This document shows, in pieces, positions 30,471 to 41,042 of a stretch of DNA of 64,000 nt. The stretch's first letter is position 1. The number at the start of each line of letters is the position of its first letter. The translations under genes were made by a program, and so were the position numbers. This DNA is from an uncultured Acidimicrobiales bacterium (GTDB taxonomy: Bacteria; Actinomycetota; Acidimicrobiia; Acidimicrobiales; UBA10347), in contig CALSSD010000008.1 of assembly GCA_943788915.1 (NCBI GenBank), positions 248,001 to 312,000 of the forward strand. Reading direction: 5' to 3'. A model generated the notes under the pieces. That model made no database searches, was not told where the DNA came from, and saw only the letters and a list, made by a program, of their open reading frames with translations.

Positions 30471-31970
30471 ATGGGCGATCGAGACGTAGCGGTAGTTGTG
30501 GCGACAGCAGAAGGAGCGAGTGACAGCGAGCAGTTCGACCTGCTGCATGAGCTGCGGGAGCACGACCAGCTGGACAACGCCGGTGGCCAGGTCGCCTTTG
30601 GGGCTGCTCGGCTACTCGCAGCATCAGGTGATCCCAGCGATCTCCCGTCGGTAGCCCGCCTATCGCTGCAGGCCCACCAAGATGGCATCGAAGGTGCCGG
30701 GCTGATCCATGCCGAGGCAAGCGACAAGATTGCCTTGTACACGGGCCGACCCCAGCTCTACGGCACGGTCATGTTGGAGCACCAAGGTGACATCGTGCAA
30801 CCTCCGGTCGACAAACGGATCAGTGATCAGGAGCGAGCCGAACTCGGCGTGCCGTCAATGGAAGAACTGCAGCGGCGAATGGCCACGCTTTCGCGTCGGC
30901 TCGCGGTCGATCGGGCCGCCCAACCCGGATGGCTTCCCGAAGGTCAACGTTTCTGTCGGGTCTGGACCAATCCCGAACCAGCCGTACTGCGCGCCCGGAT
31001 GGCCAGCGAGGGCACCACCGCCTGGGCGGACGGCGATGCCATCACCTTCGTCGCCGAGTCTGCATCCCCGGTGACTGTCACCCCTGCGTTCCCCATCGAA
31101 ACATGGGACGCTGGCGACGGTTTACAGGTACTCAGCTTGCGCGTCGAACGGCTGGACGAAGCCGTGATCACCTACACGTTCACCCCAACCGACGGCATGC
31201 CCTCGATGAACTTCCGTCGCGGCTCTCACGACGGCCGCTTCCGGGGTGTCAATGCCCCGCCGGAGCTCGCCTCGAATGACCCGCTGCTCGGAACAAGTGT
31301 CGAACATGCGGTCGATTCAGATGCCCTTGGCGAACGCCGCAAGGTCACGGTGTACCGGCCACTAGGTCACGCAGCGGGAGATAACACACCAGTGATCTAC
31401 GCCACCGACGGTAATATGTTCGCCCCGTACGCCCGTCGACTCGACGCAGCAATCGAAGCCGGCATCTGCCCTCCTGTCGTCATCGTGGCCGCGCACTCTG
31501 CGTCGTTTGATCCAATTCGCGGGAACCTCCGTGCGGCTGAGTACCTACCTGGGTTCGACGAGCAGGTGTACACGGCCCACCAGCAGTTCTTCATGAACGA
31601 ACTCCCTGCCTGGGCCGAGGCTGAGTTGGGCGTGCCCTCGGCTCCCACTCGTCGGGGCATTTGGGGTTGCAGCGACGGTGGAGGTCACGCAGCTATGGCG
31701 GCACGGCTCTTTCCCGAACGGTTCGGGCATGCCTTCGTGTACAGCACCGGCATGCCACCAGACATGACGTACGAGTGGACCGACGAACACCCATTCATGC
31801 ACCTGTGCGCGGGAACACTCGAGGGTCCCTTCCATCAAGCGACCGAGGCGTGGGCCGGTTATCTCATGCTCGTCGATGCGCCCTATCACTTCACCGAACG
31901 AGTCGCTGGCCACGATCTGGTGCAGTGGGCCGAGGAACTCCCCCACGCCATCAACCGGGCCTGGGGGTAG
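30471..31970 (+). CDS. Fusion protein: DUF6624-like N-terminus plus Fes-like putative esterase
   Basis: GRPQLYGT...D.ERAELGVP in the N-terminus; RKVTVYRP, VIYATDG, GCSDGG and GHD in the esterase domain. Confidence 0.7.
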   Translation: MGDRDVAVVVATAEGASDSEQFDLLHELREHDQLDNAGGQVAFGAARLLAASGDPSDLPSVARLSLQAHQDGIEGAGLIHAEASDKIALYTGRPQLYGTVMLEHQGDIVQPPVDKRISDQERAELGVPSMEELQRRMATLSRRLAVDRAAQPGWLPEGQRFCRVWTNPEPAVLRARMASEGTTAWADGDAITFVAESASPVTVTPAFPIETWDAGDGLQVLSLRVERLDEAVITYTFTPTDGMPSMNFRRGSHDGRFRGVNAPPELASNDPLLGTSVEHAVDSDALGERRKVTVYRPLGHAAGDNTPVIYATDGNMFAPYARRLDAAIEAGICPPVVIVAAHSASFDPIRGNLRAAEYLPGFDEQVYTAHQQFFMNELPAWAEAELGVPSAPTRRGIWGCSDGGGHAAMAARLFPERFGHAFVYSTGMPPDMTYEWTDEHPFMHLCAGTLEGPFHQATEAWAGYLMLVDAPYHFTERVAGHDLVQWAEELPHAINRAWG

Positions 31971-31990
31971 TCCGGATCTCTTTTGTCGAC

Positions 31991-32025
31991 CGAAAAGTTA
32001 CGTCCCCAGGGGTACATAACTTTTC
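31991..32025. repeat. Palindromic repeat family A, copy 3
   Basis: Identical to 27841-27875. Confidence 0.9.
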
Positions 32026-32034
32026 AGCTTGGCC

Positions 32035-32081
32035 AAAAAGTGAACTGACGACCAAAACCCACAAGGGGCTCCGGCCGTCAG
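32035..32081 (-). terminator. Putative intrinsic terminator of amtB
   Basis: Minus strand CTGACGGCC...GGTCGTCAG hairpin followed by TTCACTTTTT. Confidence 0.6.
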
Positions 32082-32115
32082 CTGACTTGGGGGATGAACT
32101 GTTGTGCGAGCGGCG

Positions 32116-33321
32116 TTAGCTGCGCTCGAACGTGCCGCCTTGTAGGTACGCCGTCTCGGCATGTTCGCTGGTGTCCAAGCCCTCGAGTTCGACTTCCTCG
32201 CTGACCCGGAGGCCGATCGTTGCGTCGAGCACCTTGGCGATGATGAACGTGACCACGAACGAGTAGACGAGCACGACCACGATCGACATGAACTGGTTCC
32301 ACAGCAATGTGCCACCGGCTTCGAGTTCGAAGGCGTCGGCGCCGCCGAAGGCTTCATTGCTAGCGAGCACACCAAGAAGCAGGCCACCGATAATGCCACC
32401 AACCATGTGAATGCCCACGACGTCGAGTGAGTCGTCGTAGCCGAATTTCTCCTTCAGTTGGATGGCAAAGAAGCAGATCACACCAGCAGCTAGACCAAAG
32501 ATGATCGACGACATCGTGCCCACGAACGTGGCAGCTGGGGTGATGGCGACCAGCCCGGCAACGACGCCCGAGCACATGCCCAACGTGGTGGCCTTGCCGT
32601 GACGGATGACTTCCATGATGAGCCAGGCCATCATGCCGGCGGCGCCAGCCAGGAACGTGTTGGCGAGTGCCTGGGGAGCGAAAGTCTGAGCACCGGAGTT
32701 AAACCCGAACCAGCCGAACCACAACATACCGGTGCCCAGGAGCACAAACGGAAGGTTGTGGGGAGGCCAGGCTTCCTTGCCCCAGTTACGGCGTTTGCCC
32801 AGCACCATGGCCATGGCCAGTGCAGCCGCACCAGCGTTGATATGAATCGCAGTGCCACCAGCAGTGTCGTAGGCAGGCAGTGCGTGCGCCCAGCCGCCAT
32901 AGATCCAGAAGCCGACCGGCGAGTAAACAAGGATGGACCACACGGGAACGAAGATCATCCACGCGGTGAACTTCATCCGGTCAGCGACCGCGCCGGAGAT
33001 CAGGGCAGGTGTGATCACTGCGAAGGTCAGCAGGAACGCCCACGTTGCCATGTCTCGCGGTTCTGCCCCGTCGGGCTGTTGCATCCAGACTTCGCCGAAT
33101 TCGAAGAAGCCGAGCCATTTACGGTCGCCGTCACCGTTGGCGATCGACATGCCCACAACTGCCCAGATGATGGGCACGATGCCCAGGCAGTAGAAGTTCA
33201 TGTTCAACATGTTGAGCACATTCTTCGAACGGACCATGCCGCCGTAAAAAAGTGCCAGACCCGGAACCATCAGCAGCACCAACGCTGCTGATGTCATGAT
33301 CCACGCGGTATCACCCGACAT
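32116..33321 (-). CDS. amtB: Ammonium transporter
   Basis: PGLALFYGG, FAVITPALISG, twin His (AIHINAG, GIHMVGG) and WFGWFGFN; GGGAGG RBS. Confidence 0.97.
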   Translation of the reverse strand: MSGDTAWIMTSAALVLLMVPGLALFYGGMVRSKNVLNMLNMNFYCLGIVPIIWAVVGMSIANGDGDRKWLGFFEFGEVWMQQPDGAEPRDMATWAFLLTFAVITPALISGAVADRMKFTAWMIFVPVWSILVYSPVGFWIYGGWAHALPAYDTAGGTAIHINAGAAALAMAMVLGKRRNWGKEAWPPHNLPFVLLGTGMLWFGWFGFNSGAQTFAPQALANTFLAGAAGMMAWLIMEVIRHGKATTLGMCSGVVAGLVAITPAATFVGTMSSIIFGLAAGVICFFAIQLKEKFGYDDSLDVVGIHMVGGIIGGLLLGVLASNEAFGGADAFELEAGGTLLWNQFMSIVVVLVYSFVVTFIIAKVLDATIGLRVSEEVELEGLDTSEHAETAYLQGGTFERS

Positions 33322-33417
33322 AGTTGTGCCTCCCAAGCAGAAGTCGACGCCTCTCCGGCGACGAATACATTCTGTTTAGAGGTTTGTTGTCACCGCGTCT
33401 GCCCCGGCGAGGCCTTG

Positions 33418-33457
33418 TTCACATTGTGGAAACAATGAAAACGCATTCTGGAAACAA
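33418..33457. promoter_or_regulatory. GlnR-box-like direct repeats upstream of amtB
   Basis: TTCAC-n6-GAAAC-n6-AACGC-n6-GAAAC; CATTGTGGAAACAA and CATTCTGGAAACAA repeat at a 22-bp period. Confidence 0.65.
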
Positions 33458-33460
33458 CGG

Positions 33461-33823
33461 CTAGAAATCACCGTTCTCGAGCCGTCGAAAGAACACAGAG
33501 CGAGGCAAAGCTTCGATCCCAACGGCTTGGGCTGCAGCGAGTTGCTCTTCGTCCACATGGCTACCAAAACCAATGATGTGCCCACCGAGTTCGTGCAGGA
33601 CCGTGATGTCCTCAACCCGACCGAGGTCGACGAAGACCAGTAATCTGGCGGTCCCAGCACTTGGGGTCCCAGCGTTTGTGGTCACCGCGTCGCTGAGTTT
33701 GACGACCGAACGTACAAGGATGGCAGCGGGGAACGCGGCACTGATCTTGGACCGGTCGATCAGATCAGCCGACAGCGCAACGACGCGGGGCGTATCGCCA
33801 GGGTCGATCGTGCGCTCGGTCAT
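33461..33823 (-). CDS. Hypothetical protein, degenerate receiver-like fold
   Basis: beta/alpha pattern VFVDL...IIGFGSHVD...AAQAVG..ALPRS; leaderless TAGGCT signature. Confidence 0.6.
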   Translation of the reverse strand: MTERTIDPGDTPRVVALSADLIDRSKISAAFPAAILVRSVVKLSDAVTTNAGTPSAGTARLLVFVDLGRVEDITVLHELGGHIIGFGSHVDEEQLAAAQAVGIEALPRSVFFRRLENGDF

Positions 33824-33832
33824 GAATCGAGC

Positions 33833-34321
33833 CTATTGGCCCGATTGGCCGGTTGATTCTCGGCGGCGACGCAGATGCACGTGGGCCTTCGCTGCGCCCC
33901 ACATAAGTCCGGGCTCGTGCAAGCCTGGATCAGCAGCAGCGAACGACGCAGGCGTCAGGTCATAGACGTCGTTGGGAAAATTCCTGCGAGCAAACTCGTC
34001 TCGCTCAACCGGCGTGACATCAGCGGTGGCCAATACCTGCGTTGGGAACTGAACGGAACGACGGACGATCTCGAGTGGACCAAGACGTTGGTCACCAATG
34101 TCGGTGGCGAGAAGTACACGCATCGCCGCAATGGTCTCACCCGCTCCATCCTCGAGTACGGCCATCACCGCTGCGTCGTTTGTTAGGCCCGGACAGCGGT
34201 CTTCGACCAACCGAACGAACCAGGCACGAACGAGTGCCTCGACCTGATCAGCGAGCAACGTCGCATATTCGGCGAGCTTCGCTTCATCGTCTTCGAGCGT
34301 GGGGGGAGTGTCGCTGGGCAT
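33833..34321 (-). CDS. Conserved hypothetical protein
   Basis: GGAGGTG RBS, typical codon usage, C-terminal WGAAKAHVHL. Confidence 0.7.
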   Translation of the reverse strand: MPSDTPPTLEDDEAKLAEYATLLADQVEALVRAWFVRLVEDRCPGLTNDAAVMAVLEDGAGETIAAMRVLLATDIGDQRLGPLEIVRRSVQFPTQVLATADVTPVERDEFARRNFPNDVYDLTPASFAAADPGLHEPGLMWGAAKAHVHLRRRRESTGQSGQ

Positions 34322-34393
34322 CACCTCCAAGTGTGGCCCAGAAAGAACGAGTTCGCTCCCGCACCGCTGCTCGATCAGAGGTAGGTTGGCGGT

Positions 34394-35116
34394 GTGGCAG
34401 ACAATCATCATCATCACGAACACATGGTGCACAACCATCGCGATGTTCAGGGTGGCACCGCTCGGGCTGCGGTATTCGGCATTAGCGATGGCCTCGTGTC
34501 CAACGTTGCATTGATTATTGGCGTCGCTGCCGCCGATACCGGAAGTTCAACGGTTGTCGTAGCCGGAGTGGCTGGCCTACTGGCTGGCGCAGCCTCGATG
34601 GCCGCTGGCGAATATGTGTCCGTCAAAGCCCAGAGTGAACTCATCGAGTACGAGCTCGATCGGGAGCGAATCTCGATCGCCGAGAAACCCCAGCTAGAAA
34701 CACGTGAACTGGCTGCGATCTATACCAAACGAGGCATCCACCACGACCAGGCCATGCAGATGGCCGAAGCGGTGCACGCCGATCCCGAGATCGCGCTCGA
34801 AGTCCACGCTCGCGAAGAACTCGGCGTCGACCCCAGTGAAACCGGTCAACCGATCGCTGCCGCAGCCAGCAGCTTTGTCGCCTTCTCTATTGGTGCATTG
34901 ATCCCGCTACTTCCCTGGCTCTTCGGCGACGGGACAACCACGCTGATTGTGTCGGTCCTGCTGGCGCTCGCTGCCGCTGCCGGTGTGGGACTTGCACTGG
35001 CATTCTTCACCGGCAAGTCCAAGATTCGGACCGTGGCCCGTCAGGTCCTGCTCGGCAGCGGTGCGTGCCTGCTGACCTGGCTCATCGGAAGTTTGCTCGG
35101 CGCCTCAGTCAGCTAG
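34394..35116 (+). CDS. VIT1/CCC1 family Fe/Mn transporter
   Basis: RAAVFGISDGLVS, GAASMAAGEYVSV, EELG and a His-rich N-terminus. Confidence 0.92.
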   Translation: MADNHHHHEHMVHNHRDVQGGTARAAVFGISDGLVSNVALIIGVAAADTGSSTVVVAGVAGLLAGAASMAAGEYVSVKAQSELIEYELDRERISIAEKPQLETRELAAIYTKRGIHHDQAMQMAEAVHADPEIALEVHAREELGVDPSETGQPIAAAASSFVAFSIGALIPLLPWLFGDGTTTLIVSVLLALAAAAGVGLALAFFTGKSKIRTVARQVLLGSGACLLTWLIGSLLGASVS

Positions 35117-35125
35117 TTTTGACCT

Positions 35126-36196
35126 ATGAGCTCCGAGTCGACACGCCCTATGCCCCAAGGTGCCACCATCTCGGTAAGTGGTCACCCGTTCGACGAGACG
35201 TTGGCCTTCTTCACCGATGAACTCGGGTTTCGACTCGACCGAATCAGCCCTGCAGATAACCCCACGATGGCGGTCGTTTCCGGTGGCGGCCTCAGTTTGC
35301 TCCTCGATCCCGATGTTGCGGAGTCCACCGCCGTCGTCTATCTCGAGACGGGAGCAGCTCCAACAGTCACTGCACCTAATGGTGTCGAAGTTCGGTTCGT
35401 GGACCCTGCGGTCGACACCGTCGTGATTCCTGCTCTTGTCCCCGAGTTGGTCATCTCGTCGGCGGGTGATGAGTCGAACTGGATCGTTGGTCGGGCCGGT
35501 ATGCGCTACCGCGATCTCATCCCGTCACGCCTGGGTGGCAGGTACATCGCTTCACACATCGAGGTGTGCGACGGCGGGCCGGTTCCCGATCTGGTGCATC
35601 ATCATGCCATTCGTTTTCAAATGATCTTCTGCCATCGCGGTTGGGTCGATGTCGTCTATCAGGACCAAGGGGCGCCGTTTCGGCTCAACCAGGGCGACTG
35701 TGTGCTTCAGCCTCCACATATCCGACACCGTGTGCTCGAGAGTTCCGCAGGTGCGCAGGTCGTCGAGATTGGTTGCCCAGCCGAACACGACACGTTCTTT
35801 GACTACGAGGTGGATCTTCCGAACAGTACGGTCGACGTCGACCGTGATTTTGGTGGTCAGACGTTCGTTCGCCATCAGTCCACCCAGGTGCCATGGGGTC
35901 CGTCCGTACACCCCGGATTCAAGGTCCAACACACAGCGATCGACCGTGCGACCAAGGGTTTGGCCAGTGTGCGGGTCTTGCGCAGCTCCGGTGAGAGCTC
36001 GACCTCACCAGCCCGGCACGACGGTGACTTCTGGTTCCTCTTCGTGCTCGATGGATCGACCGGTTTTTCAGTCGACGGCTCGTCCGACGCAGTCCCACTG
36101 AGCACCGGTGACAGTATCGCGGTACCTGCTGGCGTCACCTGGTGTCTCCGAGATGCCTCGGCCGACCTTGCCATACTCGAGGTCGTTGTTCCCTGA
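35126..36196 (+). CDS. VOC-like plus double-cupin protein
   Basis: FFTDELGFRL N-terminus, HHHAIRFQ...QPPHIRH cupin and a second C-terminal cupin. Confidence 0.7.
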   Translation: MSSESTRPMPQGATISVSGHPFDETLAFFTDELGFRLDRISPADNPTMAVVSGGGLSLLLDPDVAESTAVVYLETGAAPTVTAPNGVEVRFVDPAVDTVVIPALVPELVISSAGDESNWIVGRAGMRYRDLIPSRLGGRYIASHIEVCDGGPVPDLVHHHAIRFQMIFCHRGWVDVVYQDQGAPFRLNQGDCVLQPPHIRHRVLESSAGAQVVEIGCPAEHDTFFDYEVDLPNSTVDVDRDFGGQTFVRHQSTQVPWGPSVHPGFKVQHTAIDRATKGLASVRVLRSSGESSTSPARHDGDFWFLFVLDGSTGFSVDGSSDAVPLSTGDSIAVPAGVTWCLRDASADLAILEVVVP

Positions 36197-36232
36197 TCCT
36201 GATAGCGCTGATCCCAGCTAGCACCGAAACCA

Positions 36233-36274
36233 GGGTTACGGGTTACGGGTTACGGGTTACGGGTTACGGGTTAC
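36233..36274 (+). repeat. Perfect heptamer tandem repeat (GGGTTAC)6
   Basis: Six exact copies ending 2 nt before the arsR stop codon. Confidence 0.95.
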
Positions 36275-36276
36275 GG

Positions 36277-36627
36277 TCAAGCGTCGATCTGAAACACGCT
36301 GCTGAGCGCTTGGAGCTGCTGGTGGCGCACCGTGAACCAGGCCCACTTTCCCCGTTTCTCCCGGCTTAGCAGGCCGGCCTCTACGAGCACCTTGAGATGG
36401 TGGCTCACCGTGGGTTGCGAACGATCGAGTGCTGCCGGAAGGTCACATGCACACGCTTCGCCTGACCGAGCGATGAGATGCATTAGTCGCAGTCGCACTG
36501 GATCGGCCAACGCCTTGAGCATGACCACGATCTCGTCGGCTTCGTCTTCGGTGAGGGCCGGGTCATCGAGCCCGGGACAACACAACTGCGGGAGCGATGG
36601 CGCAACGATCTGGTTTGTCTGCGGCAC
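36277..36627 (-). CDS. arsR: ArsR/SmtB family repressor
   Basis: N-terminal CC, KALADPVRL, EACACDL and SQPTVSHHLKVL. Confidence 0.9.
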   Translation of the reverse strand: MPQTNQIVAPSLPQLCCPGLDDPALTEDEADEIVVMLKALADPVRLRLMHLIARSGEACACDLPAALDRSQPTVSHHLKVLVEAGLLSREKRGKWAWFTVRHQQLQALSSVFQIDA

Positions 36628-36652
36628 GTCACCAGTGTGCCATACAAATTTC

Positions 36653-36702
36653 ATATTGACATCTGTCAATATAGAGGTAACATATTGACCATGATCAATA
36701 TG
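36653..36702. promoter_or_regulatory. Tandem ArsR-type operators
   Basis: ATATTGAC-ATCT-GTCAATAT (36653-36672) and CATATTGA-CCATGA-TCAATATG (36681-36702), between divergent arsR and arsI. Confidence 0.8.
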
Positions 36703-37176
36703 ATAGAAGCTCCTCCCACCCAGCGACTCCAGCTGGCCCTCAATGTCACCAACCTCGAAGAGTCCATTGCGTTCTACACCAAATTGTTCGGCACCGAGCC
36801 CGCCCGACTCCGTCCTGGTTACGCCAACTTCGCTATCGCCAATCCCCCACTCAAGCTGGTGCTCTTCGAAGGAACCGAAGACGGCACTATCAATCACCTC
36901 GGCGTCGAAGTCACCACGTCGGATGAAGTCATTGCCGCAGAACAACGACTGATCCAAGCCGGGCTTGAGACCACCGGCATCGATGACACCGTCTGTTGTT
37001 ACGCGGAGAAGACCGAAACCTGGTTGCACGGTCCCGATAACACTCGGTGGGAGTGGTACGTGCGCACCGGCGACAGCGAGCAGATGCAGAACGAGATCGT
37101 TGGCACCGACGGCCCCACCATCTGTTGTGCCCCCGAACCTGCACCAGCCGAGACATCAACCGCCTCCTGCTGCTGA
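36691..37176 (+). CDS. arsI: ArsI/CadI family VOC metalloenzyme (C-As lyase-like)
   Basis: RLQLALNV, PGYANF, NHLG, CCYA and WEWY motifs, plus a Cys-rich tail. Start could be 36685, 36691 or 36700. Confidence 0.85.
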   Translation: MINMIEAPPTQRLQLALNVTNLEESIAFYTKLFGTEPARLRPGYANFAIANPPLKLVLFEGTEDGTINHLGVEVTTSDEVIAAEQRLIQAGLETTGIDDTVCCYAEKTETWLHGPDNTRWEWYVRTGDSEQMQNEIVGTDGPTICCAPEPAPAETSTASCC

Positions 37177-37184
37177 GCCACAAT

Positions 37185-37219
37185 CCATCGGAACAATCAC
37201 CATCGCGTTGTTCCGGTGG
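37185..37219. terminator. 35-bp hairpin between convergent arsI and chdC
   Basis: CCATCGGAACAA-n11-TTGTTCCGGTGG. Confidence 0.5.
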
Positions 37220-37303
37220 CACTTCGCTCGTGACCCTGACAGGCAGTCGACGCTATCGCGTCTGTGAGACCGTGATGGCTGGCACGGCTGATCCCGGGTG
37301 GTA

Positions 37304-37975
37304 TCAGCCGAGGATGTCGTCGAGTTCGGCGACCATACCGGTGTAGAACGGCCCGAATTCGGCATAAACCGACGAGGCTTCGTCGAAACGCATCGTGTAC
37401 ACGACTTCCTTGAGATCGTCGGGATGTACACCAAACAAGGTGACACCCCACTCGTAGTCGTCGAGACCGGTGGAACCGGTGATCAGCTGCACGATGCGGC
37501 CCGCGAACTTGCGGCCCGAAGTGCCGTGTTCGTACATAAGTTCCTTGCGGCGTTCGTACTCAAGCGTGAACCAGTTAACGTCGCCAACTCGTTTCTTCGA
37601 CATCGGATAGAAACACCAGGCGTGCTTGCCTTCCGGCGGCAGGTCTGGGTACAGCCGCATGTTCTGCATCTCTTGGGGGATGCCTTTGGAGTACTCGCTG
37701 AGTTCGGTCAGCGACACGTAACTATCCACCAGGTCAAGGCCCGAAGCGACCAGATCAGTCTGTAGATCTCGCAACGACCACAGGTTGGGTCCGATCCCCA
37801 TAACCGCGATGTCGGCCTTGTGGCCAAGCATGGCCACCGAAACAACCTGGTCTTCACGCCCTCGAGCAGCCGCGACCGCAGCCACGGCAGCCGCGGCGTC
37901 GACCGCAGCGCTGGCCTTGAAGAAAAGGTGAAGCACACCCTGGCCAATTGCTGGGCGTAGATCGTTCGTGGTCAT
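37304..37975 (-). CDS. chdC: Coproheme decarboxylase (chlorite dismutase family)
   Basis: CFYPMSKKR, NWF.L, EHG..GR, GSTGLDDYEW and MRFDEAS motifs. Confidence 0.85.
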   Translation of the reverse strand: MTTNDLRPAIGQGVLHLFFKASAAVDAAAAVAAVAAARGREDQVVSVAMLGHKADIAVMGIGPNLWSLRDLQTDLVASGLDLVDSYVSLTELSEYSKGIPQEMQNMRLYPDLPPEGKHAWCFYPMSKKRVGDVNWFTLEYERRKELMYEHGTSGRKFAGRIVQLITGSTGLDDYEWGVTLFGVHPDDLKEVVYTMRFDEASSVYAEFGPFYTGMVAELDDILG

Positions 37976-38814
37976 GAAACCGGTTCTCCTTCGGCCACCG
38001 AATCGGTGGCTGGTTCATCAGGTTGTCGATTGGCTGCGTAGACGTTGAGTGTTCCGTTGCGGGCGAACCCTGCGAGCTGCATTTCGGCCGATAGTGCTGC
38101 CTGGACAGCCAGAGCCGACGGTGCACTCACTGCGACGACGGCGGTAAATCCGGCCGCCCATGCTTTTTGCACCATTTCGAACGAGGCCCGGCCACTCACA
38201 AACAACCCGAGCCCGGTCGCTGGCAGCTGTCGATCAAGCAACATCCGGCCAACAACCTTGTCGACCGCGTTATGGCGACCAATGTCTTCTCGTGCTTCGA
38301 GAATCATGCCGGTGGAGTCGAAGGCTGCGGCGGCATGCAGACCACCGGTGCGGTCAAAGACTGGTTGGTGACCTGCCATCGCGTCGACGACGCGCAACAG
38401 GACGGCTTCGCTCAATGATTCGGCCGGTTCGACTGGTGAGATTCGTTTGACCAGTTCCTCGATCGCTTCGGTGCCGCACAGTCCGCACGACGAGCTGATC
38501 ACCCCAAGGCGGGGTGAGGCTTCGGGGGCTCCCGGGGCTAACACCGACACCACGTTGAACTCGGTGTCGACGGCGGTTCCTGTGGCGCAGTAACGAATGT
38601 CGATAACCGACGCTCCGCCGAGCGCACCGTCGGCATGCAACAGGCCGACCGCAAGTTCGAAGTCGTGGCCTGGCGTGCGCATGGTGGTCGCAACGTCGAC
38701 TTCGTTGATGCGTACCGTCAATGGCTCTTCGACCACCAACTCTTCGGGACGGCGACGCAGCGTTTCACCATCGAAATGATGCGCCATCACCGTCTCGGTA
38801 CGCCCACGAGCCAC
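37972..38814 (-). CDS. fdhD: Formate dehydrogenase accessory sulfurtransferase
   Basis: EEPL, TMRTPGHD, SSCGLCG, TGGLHAAA and REDIGRHNAVDK motifs. Confidence 0.95.
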   Translation of the reverse strand: MARGRTETVMAHHFDGETLRRRPEELVVEEPLTVRINEVDVATTMRTPGHDFELAVGLLHADGALGGASVIDIRYCATGTAVDTEFNVVSVLAPGAPEASPRLGVISSSCGLCGTEAIEELVKRISPVEPAESLSEAVLLRVVDAMAGHQPVFDRTGGLHAAAAFDSTGMILEAREDIGRHNAVDKVVGRMLLDRQLPATGLGLFVSGRASFEMVQKAWAAGFTAVVAVSAPSALAVQAALSAEMQLAGFARNGTLNVYAANRQPDEPATDSVAEGEPVS

Positions 38815-38969
38815 GGATAGACGTTATCTCCGCACCGCCGCGATCACCTGTTGACGGACCAAACCCTCGAATCAGAGGTGACGACCGGACAACGCACCCA
38901 ATCCGGTTCGGGTGCTGCCGAGCCAGATGACACATCGACGGGGGCTGCAAGAACGCCCATCGTTCGGCG

Positions 38970-39130
38970 ATGGCTGGACACCACCATGACCACGCCCACG
39001 ATGGTGGGCATGCGGGTCACAGCCGAAGAGACCATGCATACGGTGCAAGCCGAGTTGGCCGAACGATTCGGTATCGCCCATTCCACGATTCAGCTCAAAT
39101 GCCACACCTGCCAAGACGTCGCCCACGAGA
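38970..39130 (+). pseudogene. Cation diffusion facilitator (CzcD-like) remnant with the whole middle deleted
   Basis: MAGHHHDHAHDGGHAGHS (His-rich CDF N-tail) is joined out of frame to EETMHTVQAELAERFGIAHSTIQLKCHTC (CDF C-terminal FGI.HSTIQ motif). Confidence 0.75.
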
Positions 39131-39149
39131 CACAGTTGGCAAAACGCGA

Positions 39150-39175
39150 CAAAGGGGCGCCGAAGCGCCCCTTTG
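39150..39175 (-). terminator. Intrinsic terminator of groEL
   Basis: CAAAGGGGCGC-CGAA-GCGCCCCTTTG perfect hairpin (cUUCGg loop on the minus strand). Confidence 0.85.
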
Positions 39176-39220
39176 ATCGAATGTGTTCAGTCGAGCGTGT
39201 CGACCGGAAAGGAGTGTCTG

Positions 39221-40855
<1,635 letters not shown>

Positions 40856-40863
40856 CTAGGCAG

Positions 40864-40890
40864 CTAGCACTCTCAATAAGAGAGTGCTAA
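40864..40890 (-). promoter_or_regulatory. CIRCE element (HrcA operator)
   Basis: TTAGCACTC-N9-GAGTGCTAG on the minus strand, 24 nt upstream of groEL. Confidence 0.95.
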
Positions 40891-41042
40891 CTCTAGAGGT
40901 CTCATTGTTGTTTCACGCCGTCGCGCGGCCAACGTTTTTGAAGTCCCGAGTTCGACCAAATCGCGGCGCTCCATTTGGCTGGCAACCACTGCGCCAGCAC
41001 TCAGGCGACCGTCGCAAAGAACGATCACCGTTGGGAGCAGCC

